Assembly: GCF_004010195.1 (NCBI RefSeq)
Contig: NC_057719.1
Span: 74,115,657-74,178,591, forward strand
Reading direction: 5' to 3'
DNA length: 62,935 nucleotides
Origin: Chiloscyllium plagiosum
Taxonomy: Eukaryota
Shown: piece by piece, positions 25,755-39,054 of the stretch
Numbering within the stretch: the stretch's first letter is position 1
How the letters are laid out: every line of letters begins with the position of its first letter
Position numbers and translations under genes: made by a program
Notes under the pieces: model-generated
The model's database searches: none
Told to the model about the DNA's origin: nothing
Seen by the model: the letters and a program-made list of their open reading frames with translations, nothing else

Positions 25755-28402
25755 TAGACTTATGGAATCATAACTTACAGACAGGGTCCCAGACACCACT
25801 GTCACCATCTCGGGGTATATCCTGTCCCACTAGCAGAGGTGGATGCACAGAGGTGGAAAGTTGGGAAGAGGTTGCCATGGAAGTACTCAAGATTGACTGT
25901 GGATCCCATGAGGTCTCATGGCTTCAGGTTAAACAAGGGCAAGGAAACCTCCTGCTGGTTACCACATACCGTCCTCCCTCGGCTGATGAATCAGTACTCT
26001 TCCATATTAAACAGCTGGACTGAGGATAGCAAGGGCAGAGGATGCACTCCTGCAGGGGATTTCATTGCCCACAACCAAGAGTGACTTGGCAGCAGCATTA
26101 CTGATAGAGCTGGTCAGATTATAAAGGACAGAGCTGCTAAACTGGGTGTGTGGCTGATGGTGAGGGAACTGAAAAGAGGGAAACACATACTTGACCTCAT
26201 CCTGGGCAATCTACCACAAGCAAATGTATCTGTCCATGACAGTATCAGTAAGCGTGACCACCGCATAGTCCTTGTGGATGTGAAGTCCTGCCTTCACATT
26301 GAGAATAATCTCCATCGTGTTGTGTGGCTCTATCACCATGCTAAATGGGACAGACTTCAGTCAGATCTAGCAACTCAAGACTGGGCATCCATGACATGGT
26401 GTGAACCATCAACAGCAGCAGAACTGTACGTCAGCACAATCCGTAATCACATGGCCTGGAATTTCCTCCACTCAACCCTATTGCCATCAAGCAAGGTTCA
26501 ATGGAGAGTGCCAGGAGCAGCACCAAGCATGCCTGGTGAAGCTACCTGACTGGATTACTTGTGTGCCAAACAATATAAGCAGCAAATGGTAGACAGGGCT
26601 CAGCAATGCCACAATCAGCGGAGCAGACCTAAGCTCTGCAGTCCTGCCACATCCAGTCATGAATGGTGGTGGATGATTAAACAATTCACTGAAGGGGCAG
26701 GCTCCACAAATATCCCCATCCTCAATGATGGAAGAATCCTGCACATCATTGTAACTCATAAGGCTGAAGCATTTGCAGCAATCTTCAGCCAGAAATCCCG
26801 AGTAGATGATCCATTATAGCCTCCTCCAGTGGTCTTCAGCATTACAAATACCAGTCTTCAGCCAACTCGATTCACTCCATGTAATATTAAGAAATGGTTG
26901 GAGACACTGGAGAATGCAAAGGCCCTGACAATATTCCAGCGATAGTAGTGAAGACCTGTGCTCCAGAACTTGCTGCTCTCCTAGTCAAACCGTTCCATTA
27001 CAGTTACAACACTGGCATTTACTCGACAATGTGAAAAATTGCCCAAGTGTGTCTTGTACACACCCATCAGGACAAATCCAATCCAGCCAATTACTGCCCC
27101 ATCAGCCTACTCCTCGATCAACAGTAAAGTGATGGAATGGGTCATCAACAGTGCTATCAAGCAGTACCTGCTCAGCAATAACCTGCTCAGTGAAGCCTAG
27201 TTTGGGATCCACCAGGACCACTCAGTTCCTGACCTCATTACAGCCTTGGGTCAAACATGGACAAAAAAGTGGAATTCCCAAGGTGAGGGGAGAGTGACAG
27301 CCCTTGACATCAAGGCTGCATTCTGCCAAGTGTGACATTAAGGATTCCTAGCAAAACTTTAATCAATGGACATCGGGGTGAATTCTCCATTGGTTGAAGT
27401 CATTCCTGGCACATAAGAAGATAGTTGAGGTTAGTGGATGTCAGTCATCTCAACTCCAGGATATCTCTGAAGGAGTTCCTTAGGTGAGTGTCCTAGGCCC
27501 AGCCATCCTTAGCTGCTTCAACAATGACCTTCCCTCCATCATAAGGTCAGAACTGGGGATGGTTGCTGGTGAGTGTACCATGTTTAGCAGCGTTCCCAAC
27601 TCCTCAGATACTGAAATGGTCCATGGTCAAATGCAACAAGGTCTGGACAATATCCAGGTTTTGACTGACGAGCAGCAAGTAACATTGCCAGACATTTGTG
27701 TGGCACCAATGACCATCTTCAGTAAGAGACAATCTAACCACTGCCCCTTGACATTCAATGGCCTTAACAACGCTGAATCCACCGCTATTAACATCCTTAG
27801 GGTTACCATTGACCAGAGACTCAACTGAGCTTGCTATATAAACACAGTGGCTACAAGAGCAGGTCAGAGGCCAGGAACATTATGGTGAGTAACTCATCTC
27901 CTAACTGTCCAGAGGTTACCCATCACCTATAAGGCATGAGTCAAGAATATGATGTAATATCCCCAAGTTTCCTGCATGGGTGCAACTTCAACAACGTTCA
28001 AGAAGCTTAACACTATCCAGAACAAAGCAGCCCACTTGATTGGAACCATATTTGCAAACATCCACTCCCTTCAATAGCGGGAGTGTATACTCTCTGCAAG
28101 ATACACTGCAGAAATTCACAAAATATCTTTAGACAGCACCTTCCAGATCTATGACCACTTCCATCTAGCCAAGGGCAGTAGGTACATGGGAACAAGCAAC
28201 CCACAATATTGACTTGGAAAGATATTACCTTCCTTTAGTGTCTCTGGGTCAAAATCCTGGAATTCCCTCCCTAACAGCATGTGGTCTGCAGCAGTGTATG
28301 AAGGCAGCTCACCATCATCTTTTCAAGGGCAACTAGGGATGGTCAATAAATGCTGGTCCAACCAGTGAAGCTCACGTGTCATGAATGAATAAAGAAAAAA
28401 AA
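25755..28402 (+). mobile_element. Non-LTR LINE (CR1/L2 group, distinct family), degenerate ORF2 from APE endonuclease to RT plus 3' tail
   Basis: GDFIAH, ILDLIL, DHRIV, NPANYCPISLL, LDIKAAF and SVLGP motifs with many stops and frameshifts. The tail ends ATGAATGAATAAAG(A)n. Confidence 0.9.
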
Positions 28403-31400
28403 ATCATCGTACATTTCTAGTTAACTGAGAATCACTGGAAAATGCACTGTTGATGTACTGCAGCTTCCAGTAAAACATACAAAACAGTCATGTACTTGCA
28501 AGCAAAGACATGCTTGACTTTGCAATGTGATTCACTGTTACGTAAATGGCATTACGTAAAGACACAGGATTTGTGTTGCTGTGTGCTGACAAACCTGATA
28601 ACCTGCGATAGGGAATGAGCTGGATAAATGCCTGACAGAAGAGAGGCGTCGTTCAGATAAAACCATTTGCCACTCTTCATTGCAAGTGGGAGCAATGGTA
28701 TAAAGTACAATTGAACAATGGGTTCATTTGCATTGTTATCGAAAACTTATAACTTACTGGAATGGTGTCATTTTCTGAAAAACTCTTGATTTAACACTTA
28801 GTGATTCCAGGATTTGGTAACATTCATGTTTGCAAGTTTTTTGTTTGGCCTGTTGTTTGTGAATAAACCCAAGGAACAAAATCTATCATCTGAACGCTGC
28901 TCACCTGGTCAAGTTGAACTCAACTTTTGCTTTTTAATTGTATCAGACAAATTAGATTCAATATTAGTACAATTTCTACATGAATAGAGAGAACAGACTT
29001 GCACTGAATTTAGACTTCAAATCTTTGAACTTACCTCAGGCAAATAGCAAAAGATGGTGAAATTGATCATTGACTCCTGATTTTTCCAAGGATTGGTGAC
29101 TTCTCCATCTCTGCTGCCTTCTGGATTTGGGTAATTGAGCAGCAATTTGATTTTCAGATTTGATGTTCAGGCTCAGTAGTTTGAATATCATTTTGTTTTA
29201 CATCCAAGAATGGCTTTTCTATTGTAGATGCTTATATTTGCAAGCCTGTTCAAGCATGTCCTGTTTCCAGCCTGCCACCCTTGTTCCTCTTATTAAATGC
29301 AAACTTTCTTAATTTAGGTGAAGGATGAGGTGAAACTCAAGAGCAAGCTAGCAATGCCATGAGTTGACCTGATGTTGTTGAAGAAAGAGTTTGAGACAAT
29401 TTAGTCACTAAGCATTACAGAATATGGAAAAGGATACCTTGGTCCAAGCTTTTCAGTTAATAATTATCATGTAGAATATCTCTGCCAATCAAAATCCCTT
29501 TGATAATTCATCAGTAATTCTGAAGTAATGTTAGTTTTCCTTTTGAAATGGTATTCTTGTGATATGTCCTGATAAAAGCAAGACCGAAAGCTTTGCCAAA
29601 ATGTATTTTCTCAGCAGCACTCAAGATTGAGGGAACGTGAAGCATTGCATAGAGTTAAATGAGTCAAAAGTGAGAAGTAGGTGATTGTAAATGAATCCTA
29701 AAAAGAGATGGGAAGTAAACTTGACTGCTATAGCTTGATTTGGGACGAGAGCCAAGTGTTCTGGAAAAATTGTGGCTGCAAAAGAGCATTGAACAAATTT
29801 GGGTTTTGAGGAAAGCTTAGTGGAAGCCTCATGCAATAGGAGATGCAAAGTTGCGGATGCTTTGAGCACTAGATCATGAGGGAACTCTTTAACTGTAGGA
29901 GAGAAAGGGCAGAATTTAGTTTATAAGACTAAAGATCAAAGTAATCAATTAAGGATATGTGATAGCAGCTCTCATTCTCTTTTCTTTTCTGTGGATATAA
30001 ATGCATTGACTGGTTAAGCTTTATTAGGTCAGTCACTGTAAAAATGCTTAGGCCGTAAAATATCTTGAAATAATGTGCAAAGTTAAACAGGGTTTTTTTC
30101 TGGTCACATGCTTGAGCTGAAAAGTTCAACAGTTCAATGTTGGGAAAGGTTTTACATTTTTTGTTCCATCCGAAGGATGAAAAATAATTCCCTTTAGCAT
30201 TTGGTACTGGGTTAATTGTAGCTGACAGGAAAGGGATCAGAGTTTTGATAATAAATGTCTGCTGTTCTTTTCTGACCAGTATTGAAATCTTTTGTGTTGC
30301 CCTTTTTGAGCCCACTGCAGATTAAACCCACATGAATACACTGACAGCAAGCTGACATCAAACGCCACTGGTCTGGGGAAGGTGGTTTTCACCCTGAGTA
30401 GCTCAGGCACTCATCCACAAAATGCTTTCATTGCCACGAATGCAGTGAGAAAAAAAAAACTGAATAGAGCAGATTTACGTGTTCATCAAACATTTTACAC
30501 AGACTTATGCAGTTCAAAAGAATCAGAAATTTTCCCTTCCTGAGAACTGCCTGGAATTTGTGTACCAAGGATTTCCAGTTAATTACCACCACGTTTTAAT
30601 TTTATTTCCAAAGCTGTATAAGCCAGCACTTGAAATATTTGTAATCTTCAACTTGTACCTTGTGTATGCAGTTCATCATTGACGGTATGTAAGGAACCAG
30701 GATTTGTTGTTGTGTCTGCTCAATTTGTAAGGCTAAATAATTGCAACATGACATTTAATTTCGATAAATTCATTACTTTTATTAAAGTACTTTGCTCATG
30801 CTGTTACTATAAATCTTTTTTTCAAAGAATGCTGACTTAGAAGGTGGATGCTGGCAGTCTGAATCAAAAGGAAGTCAATTCTACTCAAATGCTATGTTGA
30901 CCACATCATTGCAGATTGGCATTTGTGTGCATTATTAGTGTATAATGCACAGCAAAGAAAAAAATCCCGTTATTGCTGGAGGGCTGCAATATGGTCACAG
31001 AATTGCACCAATTTCACATTTTCCAACTAGTCCATTGATTTTCCAACCAGTCCATTGCTGAGTTAGAGTGATATACATTTTTATTTTGGCAGGACACATA
31101 TCGTAGGAGTTTAGGTGGGGAATTTTTAATGTCCCCACTTTCAAATTGCAGTGTAACTAAGAAAACAGAACTAACTTATTGGACCAGATGTGGTTGGTTC
31201 ATCGATGGTAAATTTGCTTCTGCCCTTGCATTGGTGTTTAAAGATGGCTTAGATTTATTTATGATTCATAAACTGTACTTCAACAACACTTTTCGACTGT
31301 ACTTCTAAATCTGAGAAAAATGCACCACAATTCAAAATAGTCGTGTCTAGATGACTTAAATGAAGTGAAATCTCAAATTCCACATCAGTATAATGTTTTG

Positions 31401-33294
31401 CATTGTTTACTTGTATTAGAAATCACTGAATAATAAAGTCTGTGTCAGCTGCGGCTCAGTTGGTAGATGTTTTGTGTGGTTTAAGGGACACAGCTGGATG
31501 CTAGTTCCAGGAAGACTGATTCAGGATAATGCAAAGTCAAGAATTCTCTCTTCAAGTTTGTTTGTGTAAATCCCTAGTCGTTGTATGTTATTGCTGTAGG
31601 CAATTGTACGTGACAGCCTGTGGACAACAAGGTTTAGAGTCTATTGTTACATTGTTCGAAGATAGTCATTTATGTGTTTCACTGTAACTGAACTCCACCT
31701 TCCTTGTGCTATTTAAGCCATGTGGGAAGCAGCTCCATGCCATCATTGTAATGTTTCTCCAAAGTCTTAAAGCTATTATACAACATCTCTTCCCCAAGCT
31801 TTTTCCCCTCACATTAATTAGCATTTTATGTGTTCTCGAATGAGTTACTTAGTTTACTCTCTCATGATACTTATATTCATTTCTACTATTTCTTTATGAA
31901 AAGGGTGATCTTGTTCATCTACAGGTAGTTGCTCCCAATATGAAGAAACTCGTTTTGTTGTAGTACTGACCGGTTCTTCAAGTTTCTGTTTCAAGATGCA
32001 AAAGAGGTTGTCAAATCTAATTTGTTTCTCATTGATCTGTTGTCAACATGAGATATGGTCAGGTGTTCTTCTCATGTAGTGTTCAGCATTTGATTTAATG
32101 TTCAATGTTGAAGGTGTTCAAAATTGTGCTCTCACTTTGGTTAATTTGCAGATTTATCAAAAAGAAACCTGGTGGCAAGGTTGGTACCAGTGAATTTTGT
32201 TGCATTGGCTGATTTTTGATGAGGGTTGATGTTGACCATTTTGTTGATTCAAATGATGATTGTTAGTACGTTACCTTTGTATTATTGCACTCATTTTGCT
32301 GCCTTGTTGTATTCGTGGTTGCTTAAATGTTGCTGACTTTATTATCGTGAAGATTGTTTTGAAGGATTATACTGAGAGCTATTCAAGTTTCTGCAGGTTT
32401 AAATGTAGCTTTCACTGCGAGATTTTGTTTTTCTTTACCAGTATGGTATCTTCATAGAGATGAACAAAGATACTCTTTTTCCAAGTTGGCTGAAGGATTT
32501 CCAAATGGTCTAGATGCAGAAGTGGCTTCAATCAATAGGATTCATTGCTTTTTTTTTGCTTATTTCAAAGATGGCTGCCATAGCATTGCTCCTGCCAGAT
32601 TTTGTGCATGTGATGCATTTTCCAACCAAATTTGGCACCAGACCATCAGATTCATGCTCCTTTTGTATCAGCTACTTTTCTTTTTTAAAAAAACTGCAAT
32701 AAAATTTCAAAGATACTGAATACAACATATTTCTTGCCCACAGCCTAAAAATAATATTTTGTAAACTTCCTTGTTAGGATTCTAAGATACTTGATTTTAG
32801 AAAGTCAAAACTTTGATTTCTACTTTTGATCTTTTTCCAATCAGTGTTCTAATTTATTTGTTGGTAAATGTTCTGTTGAATAAATAGTCAAACTGCTAAT
32901 TGCCACCAGAAAGTTCACTCTGCTCCACTGATTTCAGGTTTTCCTCTCTAAGCAATCGAGGGTGTCTGGTAATTGGTCACCTTTCACAAATGCTAGATCT
33001 GGATTTATTTTCTTGGCTGCTATGGTAGGCTTTTATTGCTCTCTCACTACATTTTTTTATTTTCCCTTTTAAGCTTGTTTCCCCTGTTACTTGTTGTAAA
33101 ATAGCTTGTTGACCCTTGGTGATTTCTCTGCAAAGCATTTTCTGGGCAGAGATTCTTACTTCAGCTCTGCAGCAAGCTAGTTATGAAGCTCTACTGAAAA
33201 CGTTCTGGAAAATTGGTGATTTTAGTTGCTTCTTCAGAAAACTTCAAGTCTGTTTCTTGATCTTCACGATTGCCATGTTTTTCTGCCACAGCAC

Positions 33295-33575
33295 ACTCAG
33301 AGCTGCTGTCTTTAGATAAAGTTTGAACCCCAAGACACCCATTGGCCCGCTCCCATGGGATTTGAAAGATTCCATAGTAGCATTATCAAAGAAAAACAGA
33401 GGAATTATCATCTGGTCATTATTGCATTGCTGTGTGTGTGTGCGCGCGTGTGTTCACTGCCATGTTTCCTATATCACAACAGTGACTGTACCTCAAGACA
33501 TTTCATTCACTATAAACCACTTTGAAATACTCGATAGTTGTGAAAAGTGCTATATAAATGTAAGTGTCTTTTTCA
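33295..33575 (+). mobile_element. Partial DeuSINE-like repeat
   Basis: Similar to 48585-49012; ends GTGAAAAGTGCTATATAAATGTAAGT. Confidence 0.6.
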
Positions 33576-33886
33576 GCAAAATCATTTTTAACCAATCATT
33601 AAGTTTTTATGGTGATAGAGACTTTTAAATTAGAAAAAGTTTCTTGTGATTAGACTGTTTGAACTGCTCACTTAGATGAATTAACTGCCAAGAAAAGGGT
33701 ACTGCTTTTTTAAAAAATAAATGACCATGTTGAGAAAATAGTGTAAACTGTGTTACACTGTACTGGAGACCCCTGGTGGTCAAAGTTTGCATTCGAAATC
33801 AAATCTTAACATCCCAGAGTTGGTGTTTGAGGGAACATTTACAGATGTGCCTTTATTGTTGAAACATTCTTGACTTTTTCTTTCAG

Positions 33887-34069
33887 AAACCTCTCGGAAA
33901 TGTATATACAATGGCACGGAGTACACAGACGGGGAGGTGTATCGCATGGAGGCTTGCTGGTTCTGTCGCTGTCGAGGTGGAATCTCATTATGTTCGAAAG
34001 CAGAATGTGGAGAGTTGAAGTGTGAAAACTATTACATCCCTGAGGGAGAGTGTTGTCCAGTTTGTCAAG
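33887..34069 (+). CDS. CRIM1: CRIM1-like coding exon (exon 6 equivalent), vWC domain 1
   Basis: Acceptor ctttttctttcag, donor G|gtaagt, 183 nt, phase 1-1. Encodes (E)TSRKCIYNGTEYTDGEVYRMEACWFCRCRGGISLCSKAECGELKCENYYIPEGECCPVCQ. Not present in the supplied ORF track. Confidence 0.95.
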
Positions 34070-36049
34070 GTAAGTTTCCACTGACAGAATGAAAATCGAC
34101 ATTATCAGCAGGTGAGTCCAGTTTAAATGGGGGAAAAAAGCAATAGCTCACTGTCTTTGTTGCATTCAAATTATGTATGTGATTTGAGCCATTGTCTTGC
34201 TTAAGCATTGACTTAATGACATGGCCACTGACTCTAGTTTCAGGGGATGAGCAGGTGGTGCAATTCACTGAATACTTGAGATTATTAATACACAGTCAGT
34301 GTACAACTGTGAGGGAAGCCTCCATCCTGTTTGTTTGTTGATAAAGGAACCGTATTATGTTTAGAAGGACAATGGTTTCCTGTGGGAATGTGAGAAGGTT
34401 AGACAATGGAGAGAATTAGCTGGCTCCTGTGAAACTATCGTCTGCATTTGAATCACATGGAATATATTAAATACAGCTGATGTACTCCATAGCAACGCCT
34501 CAGGCTGCCAGAATCTATATTGTGATTATGCCTCAGTTTTTAACTAGGACTAGATAATTTCTAACTGATTCCAGGAGAGAAAGGAGAAATAATGACTTAA
34601 CATGAAACTTTAGTGTCTTAATATTTTCAATTGATTTAAGGTCAGTCTTTATAGCACCTACATTTCATCCATATAAATCGCAATTTATTTTTAAAAAGCC
34701 AAATGTTTCCCTCTAACTATGGTGGTATAAATATGTACATAAATAAAATGGCTATGAGTTGCCAGCGTGAAGTTGCTATTGAGAAAGCTCTTTTAAGATG
34801 GAAAGCTTAAACGATTTTTCAACCAGACTATAATTGCACTTGATTCAGGCTTTCAAAGTTTGTGTGTTAATTGCTACTTAAGTTGGTGAACTTCTAATTT
34901 CTTTGAAAGGGCGATTTAATTCTCTGTTGTGTTATCAAGTTCACTGCACATTTATTCACTCTTTGTCTCTTTGGTGATTGAGAGTTTGTAAAAAACAGTT
35001 ACATCAAATACAATAAGCATTTTGACTTGTGCTGTAGTTCTTATTTCCAAGAATACAACAGCAATTATTGACTTTTAAAATTATTTCTGTATATTTTTGT
35101 ATGTCTATGCATACTTTGATATACTTTTGAAACTGTGGAGCTTTTTTAAAACTCACTGAGAAGTACAGACTTATTAAAGTTTGTTCTTAACTCATTTCCA
35201 TTGAACAGTTCAGATTGAAGTAGCAAGGGCACCTAACTCTATAGGCATTGTCAGGTGAAGCACAATCCAAGCTTCTTGTCTTTGTGGTCTGGTTATGGGC
35301 TATATTATTGTCTTAATGCCCTGCCAGTCAATGACAATCATTCAATATACCAAATTTTGTATGCTACAATATCCTTGTAATAGTTGTACCATTCCCTTGA
35401 AGAGTGGATAATATTGAAATCGTCATGTCCCAAAAAGCTGGTATCAAATCCCTCAAGATTGATTGCTTCATCTTTTGTTTTCCTGTCATTGATTAAATTA
35501 TAACCTGGTCTTTGATTTATTCTTCACTGTTGATCATGTCATTCTTCTTCACTGTCTTTTGTCTATGTTTCACCTTTGTGGTTTTACACAGCTGTGCCAA
35601 TGTAACAGAAAGTACTCAGGTTGGCAGCATAGATGGAGACCGAACCTCTTGAGTTGAATATGACTCTTCACATTTGACTCAAGCGATTAACTCATTTTCC
35701 CTCTTCACAGATGTGTCAGACCTGATGAATATTCCCAGAGTATTTTCAATTTAAATTTCTGATTTCCACCCTCAATTTGTCTTAAAGGCAGTCCCAATAT
35801 TGCATTGCCTTTCCTTCCATGTTCATAGTCAATGTGTTTCTGTCCTTTGGCCCTTTCATTTCTGTTCTATTTGCCACAGATTTGCAAAATAATCTGATAA
35901 TCTGGGACTAGTTTACAACATGTACATCTGTGGAGCCCAGCTTTTCCACTTCCAACTTTTGATTCAACTCTTCTGCTTACATGGGCAGGTGAAATGTAAA
36001 TTGAGATTGAGTCAGAATTAGTTGTTTTTAAATGACTCAACATTACCAA

Positions 36050-36730
36050 AACCAACTCCACCAAACAAGACTGAAATGGTGCTCCAACTCTTCACCCTCC
36101 TGGATTCTGCTAAGCCTCTGTTCCCTGCTTGAACCTGAGCAGTTACAGCTCCTGGGCAGTGACGTCCACATTGAATTAATCACCTTTCTCCATCCCTCCC
36201 TTCCTTGCAATATTGCTGAACAGTTGTATTCATTTCAGACAAAGCATTTCAAGCTCTTCACTGTTCAGTCTGCAAGTGCATTCCTGAGCTTCTGCCTGTT
36301 TGTCATTTTAGTTCTCCGCACTTCCATCTTGGACTTTGCCCTTGTATTTTGCACTTTCATAATCAGCCCAATGCAATACTGAGAAACGGCACCTCATTGT
36401 TTGTTTAGGCACTTTACGGCGTTTCAGATATGACTGGGACCCTACCCTGGACCCATCTTGTTGTTTCTTTACAATTTCCTATTATGCCTTGCACCATCCT
36501 CTTTCTTGTCATTTAATCTCTCTGACCTTTCACCCTGTCTGGACCTTCCTTTTTGGTGTTTTCTCACCTCCCTGTTTTCCACACCTCTGTGAATGATTAA
36601 AACTTGTTGCAGGTTTCATTGGAACTGGAAAGCATTATCGACTTCAAAAGTTACTCTGTTTCTCTCTGCACATATGCTGCCTGACTGGCTAAGTAGTTCC
36701 AGCATGTTTTGTTTTTATTTCAAACATCCA
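36050..36730 (+). mobile_element. Old Penelope-like element 3' remnant
   Basis: The decayed frame EKRHLIVCLGTL resembles the GIY-YIG C-terminal EEQHLIFRLGTL. It ends in a GCTGCCTGAC..GCT..TTCCAGCA pLTR-like tail. Confidence 0.55.
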
Positions 36731-37957
36731 TTATATTTGAGTGCTCCCATATAGGCCTCCCAAGCTCCATCTACTGTAAAGCACAACAGTTAGAGAATTT
36801 TATCAGCCATTCAATTCCTTCATAACATGTAACTACTTATTGTCCCACTTACTGTTGGCTTTATCTCGATTGCAAGCCGGTTGGTGAATCTAGATACTAA
36901 GGTGTTTCATGATAGCAGGTTTATTTATAGAATGAAGTATTGCTGTCTGTTTTCTGCTTATTGCCCTTGTGTTCATCAGTCTCTGTTAAAGTGTTTTTAA
37001 TGAACCAGTTCAGAGATGTTATGACACATCGATGGAGCAGATAGGATTTAACCTAAACCTCCTGCCCCAGAGGTAGGAATGCTACTATTGTGCCACAAGA
37101 TCCCTTTATTTAAAAAAAGGAATTGAATTCAAACTTCACCATCAGTCCTACTGGCCTCAAACAGGCCATAGTTCTACTCTTCCTAAATCTTGTGTTTTTA
37201 TACAATTCACCTGAGCAATTCTCTGTCATAGTGAATTCCACATTCTTGACTCTACAGAATTCCCTGTTGGGTGTTTTGGTGACTATCTTATATTGATGAC
37301 TCCTGGTCATAAGTTTCCTGCTTTCAATTTTATCCCTGTAGAAAACATTTTTTTAAATGTTGTTTTAAACTACTAAAATATACTTTATTAATAAGTCTAT
37401 GTATATACAGTTACTGAAGCAGTTCTGTACAGTCTTTGCACATGAAGGGTAAACAAACATTGGAATTTGGCATTTCCTGCTGTTGCAAAAAAAAGCACCC
37501 AAAGCTTTTCTTACTCGTACAAGACAATATTTACATATGTTTGAGGGTCTGATAACTGAATGGGCTCCCGTTGTACTTGGGCAGAAAGCTCTTAAACAAT
37601 TTTGCTAAAATGTACATCAACTTTTATTTATTGTTTCTAATACTCATATTTTTAGTTCAGTGTCGCATCCAAACTTCCAAATGATATGACCATCCTATCC
37701 TTCCAGCAAAACATACTGCTTTACGTTTATCTGTGCTGAGTTACATTGGTCAATCATTAGTCCATTCTATTAGCTGGCTAACATCCTCCTCTAACTTGTT
37801 GCAGTTATTGGTACCAACATCGACAGGACAAGTAAAGGCAGCATTGAGTGGTTAGAATCTCGAGTCAACCATCACACAGACTGACTCAGTGAGGTCTTTG
37901 AAAGAGAATTGTATTCTGATCCGAGGAGTCACCATTTGCAGGACTGTGGATAGAGAC

Positions 37958-38090
37958 ATTCCTGATGAAGGGCTTATGCCCAAAAGGTCGACTCTCCTGG
38001 TCCTTGAATGCTGCCTGACCTGCTGTGCTTTTCCAATGCCACACTTTTCAACTCTGACTCTCCAGCATCTGCATTCCTGCAAATCTCCTA
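37958..38090 (+). mobile_element. Short Penelope-derived insertion with a mutated hammerhead motif
   Basis: TSD TGGATAGAGAC (37947-37957 / 38091-38101). Sequence CTGATGAAGGGCTTATGCCC-AAAAGGTCGA, with the GAAA box altered. Confidence 0.8.
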
Positions 38091-38856
38091 TGGATAGAGA
38101 CCAGGGTAGTGGGTCTGACTGAGTTGCTTTTGCAGAAACATAAACTGCCTCACTCTGGGAGGGAGCACACTGCTGCTACTGGCCTACCTCAGCCTCTTCC
38201 ACAGTGCACCTGCCTAGTCAGACAATTTATCCTCTATCTCCAACCTTTAGGTGAGCACACCTCACTGCAGCCCCACAGCAGAACCTTCAGTGAGCAAGAG
38301 AATCTGCCTTCCAAGAGTCTCCCATGATTGCTGCAGCTCTCAGGAACCCAGGAACTATTGGGTTTTCTCACCCAGGGCGGGGTCCCATTACATTGACTTC
38401 CTTTGACCGACAGGTACAACACCCTCTTATCCTTTCTGATTGGCTGGGCTCGCTAGAAACAGATTGCACTAACTTGGCTGAAGAACTATAGAGAATGGGA
38501 AATCAACTCGAGGAGCAATCAGCATCTAAAGAGTTGAGAATTCTGTCCCAATAACTCTGTTTCTCTCTCCACAGACTCAGCTGAGTATTCCAAGGTTTAC
38601 TGTTTTCATATTTGCAACCAATGACTGATTCAAATTTACTTTTAAATCTCTATTTCCTGATTTATATTGTTTATTGCAGAAATTCTTTTTCTGAAACATT
38701 TCCAGGAAATAATTGTAAAAACTGCCTCTCTTCAATCAACGAAATTCAATCAAATTTAATCAGTGGTGCAATTTTGAAATGGACATGTGTTGACTCCCAT
38801 GCTTCCTTATTTATGATTTGATTGCATTCATTAGTTGTAACTTTTGTTCTGTGCAG

Positions 38857-39054
38857 ACACAATTTTTCCATCTGTTGATGGCCTTGGATGTTTGGCCAGA
38901 GGTCAGATCCGAGCACATGGCGATCAATGGCGAGAAGATGACTGTACGTTCTGCCAGTGCGTCAATGGGGAACATCACTGCATGGCAATGGCTTGCAAGC
39001 AGACCTGTCTGAACCCAGTCAAAATACCAGGGGAGTGTTGCCCTTTCTGTGAAG
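38857..39054 (+). CDS. CRIM1: CRIM1-like coding exon (exon 7 equivalent), vWC domain 2
   Basis: Acceptor cttttgttctgtgcag, donor G|gtaagt, 198 nt, phase 1-1. Encodes (D)TIFPSVDGLGCLARGQIRAHGDQWREDDCTFCQCVNGEHHCMAMACKQTCLNPVKIPGECCPFCE; AHGD.WREDDCTFCQCVNGE is characteristic of CRIM1. Confidence 0.96.

Noticed and set aside
32486..32719. Cys-containing ORF (DGCHSIAPARFCACD) as the missing exons 4/5
   Set aside because: No matching Cys spacing or splice boundaries; it sits in T-rich, probably decayed repeat sequence.
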